Part shown: positions 17,129 through 26,793 of the stretch, in pieces
Position numbering within the stretch: position 1 is the first letter of the stretch
How the letters are laid out: the number at the start of each line of letters is the position of its first letter
Origin: an uncultured Acidobacteriota bacterium
GTDB lineage: Bacteria > Acidobacteriota > Polarisedimenticolia > J045
DNA length: 64,000 nucleotides
NCBI GenBank assembly: GCA_963702425.1
Contig: CAVPCQ010000032.1
Span: 96,001 to 160,000, forward strand
Direction of reading: 5' to 3'
The notes under the pieces: generated by a model
Database searches by the model: none
What the model was told of the DNA's origin: nothing
What the model saw: the letters and a program-made list of their open reading frames with translations, nothing else
Made by a program: the position numbers and the translations under genes

Positions 17129-18211
17129 CTAGTAGTGGATCTGCGGCGAGATGCGCTTCGCCGGATCCTGGTAGACCGTGTCCGCGGGCATGCCGGTCTT
17201 CGGATCGTAGGCCACGACCCGGCTGGTGTTTTCGTAGAGGTTGTACTTGACGGCGGCTCGGCCGGCGGCCACGTCGATCGTCTGCCAGCCCGTCGCGTCG
17301 CGCTCGAAGAACGGGTTGGCGCGGTTCATCGGCACCGTCATCTTCGGCATCGCCTGCTCGGCCTGGGCGTAGCTCTCGGGGTACGGCCAGGGCCACGCCG
17401 TCGCCATCACCGAGTGGAAGGTGATGTTGCCGATCTGGTTGTACTGGATCTGGTGCACGTGACCGTAGACCACGGTCGGCGTCTTGAACGGCTGGAGCAG
17501 CGCCTGCACCTGTTCGGCGTCGTCGGTCCAGAAGTTCCAGCCCTTGTAGATCTTCTGGATCGGCGAGTGCGAGAAGACGACCAGCGGCGTCTCCTTGCTC
17601 ACCTTCGCCAGGTCCTCGGCCAGCCAGGCCCGCTGCTTCTCGCCGACCATGAACGGCGAGCCGTTGGGGTTGTCGAGCCCGGCCATCTCCAGCATCCGTT
17701 GCTGGGCCGTCGGCCAGCGCTTGTAGGTCCACTCGTCGGTCGTGAGGATGCTGTTGAGCACGACGAAGTGGACCCCCTTGTGGTCGAAGCTGTAGTACTG
17801 CGGGCCGAAGAGCTTCGACCAGTATTCCCCGAGGTCGAGGTAGTAGTCGTGCTCGCCCATGACGCAACGGAGCTTCCCCTGGAGCTTCGACAGCATCTCG
17901 GCGCCGTGGTCCAGCTCGGCCTGGTTGCCGAGCTGCGCCAGGTCGCCGCCGAACATCACGAAGTCCGGGGCCGGGGTGAGCAGGTTCGTCTCCGCGACGG
18001 CCCGGATCAGGCCGCGGTCCCAGTTGCGGACGAACTGCGTCCCCTTGATGTGCTGGATGTGCGCGTCGGAGATGTAGGCGAAGGTGAAGTTCTGGGCCGG
18101 GTCGGCGAACGCCAGCTCGACGAGGCTCACCGGAAGGGCCGTCGCTGCAGCCGCGGCTCCCGCGGTCTTCAGGAAGGTCCGCCGATCGACGGTGGTGATG
18201 GCTTCGTTCAT
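17129..18211 (-). CDS. Tat-exported metallophosphoesterase (calcineurin-like)
   Basis: DRRTFLK Tat motif; SDAH, GGDL, GEHD, FSH, GHVH. Confidence 0.9.
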   Translation of the reverse strand: MNEAITTVDRRTFLKTAGAAAAATALPVSLVELAFADPAQNFTFAYISDAHIQHIKGTQFVRNWDRGLIRAVAETNLLTPAPDFVMFGGDLAQLGNQAELDHGAEMLSKLQGKLRCVMGEHDYYLDLGEYWSKLFGPQYYSFDHKGVHFVVLNSILTTDEWTYKRWPTAQQRMLEMAGLDNPNGSPFMVGEKQRAWLAEDLAKVSKETPLVVFSHSPIQKIYKGWNFWTDDAEQVQALLQPFKTPTVVYGHVHQIQYNQIGNITFHSVMATAWPWPYPESYAQAEQAMPKMTVPMNRANPFFERDATGWQTIDVAAGRAAVKYNLYENTSRVVAYDPKTGMPADTVYQDPAKRISPQIHY

Positions 18212-18227
18212 CCGCTCCTCCTTCCCG

Positions 18228-19376
18228 TCACTTCTTGGCCGCGGGCGCGGCCGCAGGGGCGTACTCGGGGCTGGTGAGCGTCTCCATGAACGCCACGAGG
18301 TCGTCGATCTCGGGTTCGGTCAGGTTGAGCGGCCGGATGCCGCCGCTGAGGAAGTCGTTCACCGGATCGCCGGGCTTCGTCACGCCGCCGTTGTTGTAGT
18401 GGACGACGACCTCCCGCAGCGTCTCGAGGCTGCCGTCGTGCATGTACGGCGCCGTCACGGCGATGTTCCGGAGGGTCGGCGTCTTGAACGACCCCAGGTC
18501 GTCGAGGCCGCGCGTCACCGCGAAGCGGCCCAACTCCGAGGTGCGCTTGTCGCTGAGGACCTGCTTGTCGACCTCTGCCAGCGTGGCCTGGGCCTTGAGG
18601 AACTCCTTCGCCAGGGACGGGACGTCCTTCTGGATCGCGTTGATGCCGACGCCGACGTTGTGGAACCGGTTGTCGGTGAAGATCGCCTGGGTCTGCTCGA
18701 TCACGTGGCAGGAGACGCATCGGCCCTTGTTCACGTACAGGTCGAAGCCGCGCTTGGCGGCGTCGCTGACCGCCTTCCCCTCCCCGCCGAAGTACCAGCG
18801 GTCGAAGGGCGAGTTCCCGGAGACCTGCACGCGCTCGAACGAAGCGATCGCCTGCGTCACCTCGACCATCGTGATCGCGTTGCCGCTCTTCGCGAAGACC
18901 GCCTGGAAGGCTTTGACGTACTCGGGATCGGTCCGCACGATCTTCAGGATCGGGTCGTGGTTCGGAAGCCCCATCTCGACCGGGTTGACGAACGGGTGGA
19001 GCGCCTGGTCCTCGAGGTCGGGCGAGCGCCCGTCCCAGAACATCTTCTCCATGTAGACGGCGTTGACGACGGTCGGCGCGTTGCGCGTTCCGTTCAGTTT
19101 CCGGATCCCCTCGGAGACCGGGAGCGGGCTGTCGGTGAAGGCCTTGGTGGCGTCGTGGCAGTTGGCGCACGCCACCTCGCCGGTCGAGCTGAACCGCTTG
19201 TCGTGGAAGAGCTTCTTGCCCAGCGCGACCTTGGCCTCGGACTGCGGGTTGTGGGCCGACACCGGCGCGGGCGGCAGGCCGAGCGGAGGGCCCCCCGCGG
19301 TGTCGCCGCCGCTCGCCGGCAGGGCGGCGGCCAGCGCCCCCAGGACGAAGAGCGCCGCTTTCCTCTGGATCCGCAT
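18228..19376 (-). CDS. Di-heme cytochrome c peroxidase (bCcP/MauG family)
   Basis: LGKKLFHDKRFS, CANCH, RNAPTV, FWDGR, CVSCH, FKTPTLRNIA.TAPYMHDGS. Confidence 0.93.
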   Translation of the reverse strand: MRIQRKAALFVLGALAAALPASGGDTAGGPPLGLPPAPVSAHNPQSEAKVALGKKLFHDKRFSSTGEVACANCHDATKAFTDSPLPVSEGIRKLNGTRNAPTVVNAVYMEKMFWDGRSPDLEDQALHPFVNPVEMGLPNHDPILKIVRTDPEYVKAFQAVFAKSGNAITMVEVTQAIASFERVQVSGNSPFDRWYFGGEGKAVSDAAKRGFDLYVNKGRCVSCHVIEQTQAIFTDNRFHNVGVGINAIQKDVPSLAKEFLKAQATLAEVDKQVLSDKRTSELGRFAVTRGLDDLGSFKTPTLRNIAVTAPYMHDGSLETLREVVVHYNNGGVTKPGDPVNDFLSGGIRPLNLTEPEIDDLVAFMETLTSPEYAPAAAPAAKK

Positions 19377-19380
19377 CGCC

Positions 19381-19935
19381 TCACCTCCTCTTCTTGCTTG
19401 CCTGCTTGCTCGTGGGCCGGGCCTTGCCCGGCGGCCGGCGGCGCCCGGACAGCGGGGCGCGGCAGGTCCGGCACAGGCCCCGAAACTGCACGACGAAATC
19501 GCTCACCTCGAAACCGAGGCGCGATGTATCCGGCATGGGAAGGGCGTCGAGCGCCGGGTCGACGATGTCGATCACCGCCTCGCAGCCGCTGCAGACCAGG
19601 TGGTGGTGCGCGTCGAGCCGCGCATCGTAGCGGGCCGCGCGGCCCGGAACGCCCGCCTTGGCGAGCAATCCCAGGCGCACGAAGGTCTCGAGCGTGCGGT
19701 GGATCGTCGCCCGCGACACGCCGGGGAGGCGCCGGCGCACGATGGCCAGGACGTCGTCGACCGTGGGGTGCTCGCCGCGCTCGAGGACGACGTCGAGGAT
19801 GATGCGCCGCTGCACGGTGAGCGGGAGGCCCTCCTCGCGGCAGAGCGCTTCGAGCTGCTGGCGTCGCTTGTCCCGCTGGTGCGCGTCCACGAACCGCTCC
19901 CGGCGCGGGGGGGCCGCGTCGATTCGTTGAGACAC
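19381..19935 (-). CDS. Fur/PerR family transcriptional regulator
   Basis: TVQRRIIL, HPTVDDV, SRATIHRTL, HHHLVCSGC, GLCRTC; start uncertain. Confidence 0.9.
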   Translation of the reverse strand: MSQRIDAAPPRRERFVDAHQRDKRRQQLEALCREEGLPLTVQRRIILDVVLERGEHPTVDDVLAIVRRRLPGVSRATIHRTLETFVRLGLLAKAGVPGRAARYDARLDAHHHLVCSGCEAVIDIVDPALDALPMPDTSRLGFEVSDFVVQFRGLCRTCRAPLSGRRRPPGKARPTSKQASKKRR

Positions 19936-20011
19936 TATGGCAGATGAGATCCGATCTCAAGGGCTGAAAGCGAGCGAAACCGTCGCAGTAAGCCCCCTTT
20001 CCGACGCCTCT

Positions 20012-20401
20012 TTACGCCAGTTCGGCCAGGTTCCGCCCGGCCTTCTGCGCCTCCCGCAGCTGGCCCAGCGTGTCGACCGCGTGACGCAGGTGCGGGATGA
20101 CGATCGAGCCGCCGACGACCAGCGCGACGTTGAGCGCCTCGAGCAGCTCCTCGTCGGTGCTCCCCTGCCGGGCGCACTGGATCAGGTGGTAGTCGATGCA
20201 GTCGTTGCAGCGCAGCACCGTCGACGCAACGAGGCCGAGCAGCTCCTTCGTCTGAGCCGGGAGCGCACCGTCGACGTAGGCTTGGGTGTCGAGGTTGAAG
20301 AAGCGCTTGATGCCGAGCTGGCCGCTCCCGAGGATCTTCTCGTTCATCGCCTTGCGGTAGGTCGTGTAGCCGTCGAGGTCGAACCGGGAGCCGTCCGCCA
20401 T
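20012..20401 (-). CDS. Carboxymuconolactone decarboxylase/AhpD-like protein
   Basis: GALPAQTKELLGL...LRCNDCIDYH. Confidence 0.88.
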   Translation of the reverse strand: MADGSRFDLDGYTTYRKAMNEKILGSGQLGIKRFFNLDTQAYVDGALPAQTKELLGLVASTVLRCNDCIDYHLIQCARQGSTDEELLEALNVALVVGGSIVIPHLRHAVDTLGQLREAQKAGRNLAELA

Positions 20402-20507
20402 GCCTGGTCCTCCGTCCCCGGTGCCGCTTGACGTGCCGCGGGGGCGGGGTCAATTTAGCGCACCTTGAGGACCGGGAGGCGGGTCTGGGCATGAGGCACC
20501 GGCGCCG

Positions 20508-20978
20508 ATGACGACGAACACCACCGAGCGGGCCGTCCGCTACGAGCGGATCGCGGGCCAGCTGGCGGAGCTGTTCGGCAAGACCCCCGACCCGACCGCG
20601 CGCATGGCGACCGCGGTGGCGCTCCTGCACCACAAGATGCCGCACTTCTTCTGGACCGGGTTCTACCGGCTCGTGGACGGCGACCTGGTCGTCGGGCCCT
20701 ACCAGGGGCCGCTCGCCTGCCAGGTCCTCGAGCGCGACAAGGGGGTCTGCTGGGCCGGCGTCCGGCGCGCGGCCCCGGTGCTGGTCCCGAACGTCCACGA
20801 GTTCCCCGGCCACATCGCCTGCGACGCCCGGTCGCAGAGCGAGGTCGTCGTCCCGCTCCGCGACGCCTCGGGCCGCGTCGTCGGCGTGCTCGACGTCGAC
20901 AGCGACAGGCTGGCCGCGTTTTCGGAAGCGGACGTGGCCGGGCTCGAGAGGATCGTCGACATGATCTACGGGCGCTGA
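20508..20978 (+). CDS. msrC: GAF-domain protein, free methionine-R-sulfoxide reductase-like
   Basis: FWTGFY, GPYQGPLAC, GVC, VPNVHEFPGHIACDARSQSEVVVP, GVLDVDS. Confidence 0.82.
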   Translation: MTTNTTERAVRYERIAGQLAELFGKTPDPTARMATAVALLHHKMPHFFWTGFYRLVDGDLVVGPYQGPLACQVLERDKGVCWAGVRRAAPVLVPNVHEFPGHIACDARSQSEVVVPLRDASGRVVGVLDVDSDRLAAFSEADVAGLERIVDMIYGR

Positions 20979-21005
20979 CGCCCGGGGCCACTGCCGGAGA
21001 CCGCC

Positions 21006-21824
21006 ATGGACACCTCGCTCATCCAGCTCGACGCCGACCACCCCGGGTTCAACGATGCCGCCTACCGCGCACGCCGCGACGAGATCGCGCGCCTGGCGAT
21101 GGACCACAAGGAGGGTGATCCGCCGCCGCGCGTCTCCTACACCGAGAGCGAGACGACGACCTGGGGCACCGTGCTGCGGGAGCTGCGCAAGCTGTTCCCG
21201 AAGCACGCCTGCCGCGAGTTCAACGAGGTCTTCGAGGAGATCGGCTACCGCGAGGACCAGATTGCGCAGCAGGCCGACCTGCACGCCTTCCTGCGCCAGA
21301 AGACCGGCTTCTCGGTCTCGCCGGTCGCGGGGCTGGTCAGCTCGCGCGACTTCCTCGGCGCGCTGGCGCGCCGGATCTTCCCCTGCACGCAGTACATCCG
21401 GCACCACAGCTCGCCGTACTACACGCCGGAGCCGGACATCTGCCACGAGATGCTCGGCCACATCCCGATGCTGGCCAACCGCGACTTCTCGAATCTGACG
21501 CAGAAATTCGGCGACGCCTCGATCGGGGCGACGGACGCCGAGATCGACCAGCTCGGGCGACTCTACTGGTACACGGTGGAATTCGGGGTGGTGCGGCAGG
21601 ACGGCCAGCTGCGGGCCTACGGCGCCGGCCTGCTGTCGAGCTTCGGGGAACTGGAGAACTCCCTGTCGGGGAAGGCCGAGATCCGCCGCTTCGACCCCGA
21701 GGTGGTGCGGCAGATCGTCTACCCGATCACGACCTACCAGCCGTTCCTGTTCGAGGTCTCCTCGATCGCCGAGGCGTTCGACCGGATGTCGGCCTTCGTG
21801 GAGCGGATGAAGGCCGAGCGCTGA
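21006..21824 (+). CDS. phhA: Phenylalanine 4-monooxygenase
   Basis: FPCTQYIRH, YTPEPDICHEMLGH, LYWYTVEFG, AYGAGLLSSFGE. Confidence 0.93.
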   Translation: MDTSLIQLDADHPGFNDAAYRARRDEIARLAMDHKEGDPPPRVSYTESETTTWGTVLRELRKLFPKHACREFNEVFEEIGYREDQIAQQADLHAFLRQKTGFSVSPVAGLVSSRDFLGALARRIFPCTQYIRHHSSPYYTPEPDICHEMLGHIPMLANRDFSNLTQKFGDASIGATDAEIDQLGRLYWYTVEFGVVRQDGQLRAYGAGLLSSFGELENSLSGKAEIRRFDPEVVRQIVYPITTYQPFLFEVSSIAEAFDRMSAFVERMKAER

Positions 21825-21966
21825 CGGGGTTCGGCGTACCCGCTCGTTAGCCGTCAATTCCCTCGGCAGCGGCGGCCCCTCCGGCCGTCTCGCCCCGGGT
21901 CCCGGACCCGGCTAACATGCCGGTCTCACGTCTTCCCGGGGCCCGGACACCGGGCCGGAGAGCCTC

Positions 21967-23166
21967 ATGTCGAGCACGCCCGACGCGCCGAAGAACCTCG
22001 GCATCATCGGCTGGGACCACTACGAGTTCATCGTTCACGACCTCGAGCGCAGCCAGCGCTTCTACACGCGGATGATGGACATGCCGCAGGCCGGCCGCCT
22101 GGACGACCGCGCCGCCGCGGAGCGGGGCGAGAAGGGCCTGCTCTTCCGCGCCGGCAAGGCGACGTTCGCGTGCCTCACGCCGACCGAGCGCAACGGCCGC
22201 GCCGAGCGCTGGCTCCGGCGACACCCGGACGGTGTGGCCGTCATGGCGCTGCGCGTGCGCGACCTCGAGCAGACGCGGCAGCTCCTCGCCGCGCGCGGCG
22301 CGACCTTCTGCACCGGCACCCTCGAGACGACCGACCACACCGGCGCACCGTACCGCTGGTTCGAGATCGCGACCTCGCTCGGCGACGTCCGCTTCCGCTT
22401 CGTCGAGCGCGGTGCGGAGGCGCTGCCCCCGGGCTTCCTGCCGCTCGCCGAAACCCCGGCCCAGCAGAACCGCTACGGCTTCCAGGTCATCGACCACGTC
22501 ACCTCGAACTTCCTGACGATCGCCCCGCACATCGCCTGGCTGCGCGACGTGATGGGGATGGAGGAGTACTGGCGGGTCCACTTCCACACCGCCGACGTCA
22601 CGCGGCGCAAGGATTTCGGCTCCGGACTGGCCTCGATCGTGATGTGGGACCCCGAGTCCGGGATCAAGCTCGCCAACAACGAGCCGGTGACGCCCAACTA
22701 CGAGGCCAGCCAGATCTACACCTTCGTCGAGTCCAATCACGGCGCCGGGGTGCAGCACATCGCGTTCCACGTACCGCAGATCATCCCGGCGGTCGACGGC
22801 CTGCGGCAGGGGGGAATCGAGTTCCTCGCGACCCCCGCGACCTACTACGACATGCTGCCGGAGCGGCTCGTGCAGCAGAAGGTCGGAACCATGAAAGAGG
22901 ACATCGAGACGCTCCGGCGGCTCGGGATCCTGGTCGACGGTGCCGACGACCGCTACCTGCTCCAGATCTTCATGGTCGAGGGCGGCGTGCTCTACGACGA
23001 CCTCCACGCCGGCCCGTTCTTCTACGAGGTGATCCAGCGCTGCGGGTCCCGGAGCTTCGGCGAGGGGAACTTCCGCGCACTGTTCGAAGCGATCGAGCGC
23101 GACCAGGTCGCGCGCGGCGTCGTCACATCCGCGCCGTCGCAGCTGGACGCCGGCGCCGGATCGTAG
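21967..23166 (+). CDS. hppD: 4-hydroxyphenylpyruvate dioxygenase
   Basis: IDHVTSN, NEP....SQI, GAGVQHIA, YLLQIF, FFYEVIQR..FGEGNFRALFEAIERDQ. Confidence 0.93.
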   Translation: MSSTPDAPKNLGIIGWDHYEFIVHDLERSQRFYTRMMDMPQAGRLDDRAAAERGEKGLLFRAGKATFACLTPTERNGRAERWLRRHPDGVAVMALRVRDLEQTRQLLAARGATFCTGTLETTDHTGAPYRWFEIATSLGDVRFRFVERGAEALPPGFLPLAETPAQQNRYGFQVIDHVTSNFLTIAPHIAWLRDVMGMEEYWRVHFHTADVTRRKDFGSGLASIVMWDPESGIKLANNEPVTPNYEASQIYTFVESNHGAGVQHIAFHVPQIIPAVDGLRQGGIEFLATPATYYDMLPERLVQQKVGTMKEDIETLRRLGILVDGADDRYLLQIFMVEGGVLYDDLHAGPFFYEVIQRCGSRSFGEGNFRALFEAIERDQVARGVVTSAPSQLDAGAGS

Positions 23167-23170
23167 GCAC

Positions 23171-23229
23171 GTAGGGGCCGGCCTCCGTGCCGGCCCGGAA
23201 GACGTAGGGGCCGGCCTCCGTGCTGGCCC
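23171..23229 (+). repeat. Two tandem GTAG-type REP palindromes
   Basis: GTAGGGGCCGGCCTCCGTGCCGGCCC at 23171 and a near-identical copy at 23204, between hppD and hmgA. Confidence 0.75.
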
Positions 23230-23246
23230 GTGAAAGAGGTGAACGC

Positions 23247-24413
23247 ATGATCCACCGGATGCAACTGGGCGACGTGCCGAGCAAGCACCACATCGTCTTC
23301 AAGCCCGGCGGGAAGCTCGCCTTCGAGCACTGCTTCACGCGCCAGGGGTTCGACGGCGCCTACACGATCATGTACCACCGTGAGCCTCCGCACTGGGTGG
23401 CGACCGAGGAGGATCTCGGTGCGCACCCCGGTCTCGCCGGCTCGAACTGGGACGGTCCGCTGCGCCGCCGGCACTTCGTGACCTCCCGGATGGCGCTCGG
23501 CGGCTCGCCCTTCACCGGCCGCAGGCTGCTGCTGGAGAATGCCGACGTCGGCGTCTTCATGGTCCACGCCGACCGCGACGACGAGACCGTCGTCAGCAAC
23601 GGCGATGGCGACGAGCTGGTCTTCGTGCACCGCGGATCGGGGCGGCTCGAGACCCCGCTGGGTGTCGTGCGCTTCGGTCCCGAGGACTACGTCTACGTCC
23701 CGCGCGCCCTTCCCTACCGCTGGCGGCTGGATGGCCCCGCGTCGATGTTCATCACGGAAGGACGCAGCTACATCGACATCCCGAAGCAGTTCCGCAACGC
23801 CTACGGGCAGCTGACGCTGGACGCCCCCTACTGCCACCGCGATTTCCGGGGTCCCGAGTGGCCCGCGGGCGGCCCGGAGTCGCTGGGCGCCCCGGCCCGG
23901 CTGATCGCGCAGCGATACGGCCGGCTGACCGCCTTCACGCTCGGCTCCGACCCCTTCAACGTGGTCGGCTGGGACGGCAGCATGTGGCCGTTCGCGTTCA
24001 ACGTCCGCAACTACCAGCCGCGGACCGGCCTCGTCCACCTCCCGCCGACGATCCACCTGACCTTCGCGGGCGGCGGCTTCATCGTCTGTTCTTTCGTGCC
24101 GCGCAAGACCGACTTCCACCCGCAGGCGATCCCCTGCCCCTACCCGCACTCGTCGGTCCACTGCGACGAAGTGATCTACTACGTCGAGGGGAACTTCACG
24201 AGCCGCAAGGGGATCGAGCCGGGCTCGGTCTCGCTGCACCCGATGGGGATGCCGCACGGGCCGCACCCCGGCACCTACGAGGCCTCGATCGGCACGACCG
24301 AGACGAGCGAGCTGGCGGTCATGCTCGACACGTTCAAGGCACTGATGCCCACCGACACCGCGCGCGAGATCGAGGACAAGGGCTACAACCTCAGTTGGGC
24401 GCCCCACCTGTGA
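23247..24413 (+). CDS. hmgA: Homogentisate 1,2-dioxygenase
   Basis: NGDGDELVFVH, PFNVVGWDG, HLPPTIH, PYPHSSVHCDEV, LHPMGMPHGPHP, ELAVMLDT. Confidence 0.92.
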   Translation: MIHRMQLGDVPSKHHIVFKPGGKLAFEHCFTRQGFDGAYTIMYHREPPHWVATEEDLGAHPGLAGSNWDGPLRRRHFVTSRMALGGSPFTGRRLLLENADVGVFMVHADRDDETVVSNGDGDELVFVHRGSGRLETPLGVVRFGPEDYVYVPRALPYRWRLDGPASMFITEGRSYIDIPKQFRNAYGQLTLDAPYCHRDFRGPEWPAGGPESLGAPARLIAQRYGRLTAFTLGSDPFNVVGWDGSMWPFAFNVRNYQPRTGLVHLPPTIHLTFAGGGFIVCSFVPRKTDFHPQAIPCPYPHSSVHCDEVIYYVEGNFTSRKGIEPGSVSLHPMGMPHGPHPGTYEASIGTTETSELAVMLDTFKALMPTDTAREIEDKGYNLSWAPHL

Positions 24414-26353
24414 CCCGCTCGAATCACGTCTGGGAGCCTCGGCTCGACGACCTGTCGCACTCGCACGTGGCGCGCCTCATGGACCGCCACGGGATCGGGA
24501 CGCCCGACGAGCTGCGGCGGCGCGCAGCGACCGATCCGGACTGGTTCTACCCGGCGATCAGCGACGACCTGGGGATCGAGTGGTTCAGGCCCTACGACAC
24601 GCTGAAGGACGGGTCCCGCGGCCTTCCCTGGACCGACTGGTTCATCGGCGGACAGCTCAACCTGGTGCACAACTGCCTCGACCGGCACGTCTCCGCCGGC
24701 CATGGCGGCGAGCCGGCCGTCATCTCGGAGGACGACGACGGGAAGGTCACGCGCCTCAGCTACCGGGAGCTGCACGAGCGGGTCCAGCGTCTCGCGGGCG
24801 CGCTCGCCGGGCTGGGGGTGGGAGTCGACGACGCCGTCGGCCTCTACCTCCCGACGTGCGCGGACGCCGTGGTCGCGCTCCTGGCCTGCCTCCGGATCGG
24901 CGCGGTGGCGGTGCCGGTCTTCTCCGGCTTCGGTCCCGAGGCGCTGGCGGTGCGACTGGCCGACGCGAAGGTCAAGCTCTTGATCACCGCCGACGGCACG
25001 CGCCGGCGCGGGCGGCCAGTTCCGCTCAAGCCGGCCGCCGACCACGCCGCCGGCCTTTCGGGGACAGTGCGGCAGGTCGTCGTGCTGCGCCGGACCGGCG
25101 CACAGAACCCCTGCGACAAGGACCACGACGTCTCATGGGAGGAGATCGAAGCCGCGGCCGCGCCGTCATATCCGACCGTTCCGCTGAACGGCGCCGCGCG
25201 CGCGCTGATCCTCCACACGCCGGGCACGACCGGACCGCCCAAGGGCGCGATCCACACCCACGCCGGCGTGCAGGTCGTCACGGCCAAGGAAGTCGGCTAC
25301 CACCTCGACCTGCGCCCCGGCGAGACGATGTTCTGGCTGACCGATATCGGCTGGATGATGGGGCCCTGGGAGATCCTCGGCGTTCTGTTCCACCGCGGCA
25401 CCGTCGTGCTGCTCGACGGGACGCTCGACTACCCGGGATTCGATCGCCTGTTCCGGATCGTGGAGCGTCACCGCGTAACTCACCTCGCGATCACGCCGAC
25501 CCGCGCGCGCCAGCTGGCCGCCAACCAGGGCGCGATCGGGCGCGGCCACGACCTGTCCTCGGTGCGCGTGCTCGGTTCGACGGGCGAGCCCTGGGACGAA
25601 GCGAGCTATCTCTGGGCGTTCCACAATCTCGGCCGCGGCCGTTGCCCGATCATCAACATCTCGGGCGGCACCGAGCTGATGGGCTGCCTGCTCGCGCCGC
25701 TGGTCGTCGCTCCGCTGACGCCGACCACGCTGCAGGGCCCGGCCCTGGGGATGGACATCGACGTCGTGGACGACGCCGGGAGACCGGTGCGCGGCGCGGT
25801 CGGCTACCTCGTCTGCCGCAACGCCGCGCCCAACATGACGCGCGGCTTTCTCGGCGACCCGCAGCGTTATCTCGAGACCTACTTCGCCCGCTTCGGCGAG
25901 TCGATCTGGTGCCACGGCGACTGGGCCCGCGTCGACAACGCCGGCTTCTGGTACCTCTCCGGCCGCACCGACGACACGCTCAAGATCGCCGGCCGTCGGA
26001 TCGGCCCGGGTGAGGTCGAGTCCGCGGCCGTGTCGCACCCGGCGGTCCGCGAGGCGGCGGCGATCGGGATCGACGATCCGATGGAAGGGACGCGACTCGT
26101 GCTGGTGCTCGTGCCCAAGCCCGGTACGAGGCCGTCGGACGCACTCGGCCGCGACGTCGCGTTGCACGTCGCCGACCAGCTCGGGACCGCGATGCGTCCC
26201 GCGACGGTGCGGTGGGTCGAAGCGCTGCCCGCGACGCGGGCCGGGCGGATCCTGCGCGGCGTGGTCCGCAAGGTCCTGTCGGGCGAGGATCCTGGGAGCC
26301 TCGCGCTGGTGGCCAACCCCGACGCGGTCGAGGCCCTCAAGCGGACGCGCTAG
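24410..26353 (+). CDS. Acetyl/acetoacetyl-CoA synthetase-like AMP-binding protein with atypical motifs
   Basis: WFIGGQLNLVHNCLDRH, PVFSGF, HTPGTTGPPKG, DIGWMMG, SGGTE, GD, GRTDD; GTGA overlap with hmgA. Confidence 0.85.
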   Translation: MTRSNHVWEPRLDDLSHSHVARLMDRHGIGTPDELRRRAATDPDWFYPAISDDLGIEWFRPYDTLKDGSRGLPWTDWFIGGQLNLVHNCLDRHVSAGHGGEPAVISEDDDGKVTRLSYRELHERVQRLAGALAGLGVGVDDAVGLYLPTCADAVVALLACLRIGAVAVPVFSGFGPEALAVRLADAKVKLLITADGTRRRGRPVPLKPAADHAAGLSGTVRQVVVLRRTGAQNPCDKDHDVSWEEIEAAAAPSYPTVPLNGAARALILHTPGTTGPPKGAIHTHAGVQVVTAKEVGYHLDLRPGETMFWLTDIGWMMGPWEILGVLFHRGTVVLLDGTLDYPGFDRLFRIVERHRVTHLAITPTRARQLAANQGAIGRGHDLSSVRVLGSTGEPWDEASYLWAFHNLGRGRCPIINISGGTELMGCLLAPLVVAPLTPTTLQGPALGMDIDVVDDAGRPVRGAVGYLVCRNAAPNMTRGFLGDPQRYLETYFARFGESIWCHGDWARVDNAGFWYLSGRTDDTLKIAGRRIGPGEVESAAVSHPAVREAAAIGIDDPMEGTRLVLVLVPKPGTRPSDALGRDVALHVADQLGTAMRPATVRWVEALPATRAGRILRGVVRKVLSGEDPGSLALVANPDAVEALKRTR

Positions 26354-26375
26354 ACGGATCAGTTCGGGGGGGGCG

Positions 26376-26714
26376 GTGGGTACTCTCGACTGGCTCAAGG
26401 CATTCACGGGCCGCGCAGTCCGTCCTGTGTCCTTCCGCGGAAGTCGCCTTGGGGGAGTCCGTTTTGAAGGTGGTGACGGTGAGACCATCACCACGGCCGT
26501 TGTTGTTCGCGGCGCTGACTCCGACCTGGCGGGGACCTACAGTGAGTTCGCGTGGCTCGTACGCAAGTACGGGGAGAAGGAAAAGGACTGGAAGCTGCTC
26601 GCGCACTCTCACGGACAGCACGAGGGTCGAGACATCGACACATTCGAGATCGAGCTCAAGAGCGGGGTTCGCCTGTGCGTGTACTTTGACTGTACCGAGT
26701 CATTCGGTAGGTGA
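26376..26714 (+). CDS. Hypothetical protein (first gene cassette)
   Basis: 112-aa ORF, lower GC than flanks, followed by an attC-like site. Confidence 0.65.
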   Translation: MGTLDWLKAFTGRAVRPVSFRGSRLGGVRFEGGDGETITTAVVVRGADSDLAGTYSEFAWLVRKYGEKEKDWKLLAHSHGQHEGRDIDTFEIELKSGVRLCVYFDCTESFGR

Positions 26715-26793
26715 GATCACTGGCCAGAGGCTGCATCGGACTCTAGATACAGCCTGGGAAGAGGCTTCAAGATCGCGTGCCGCCTAACTTCGT

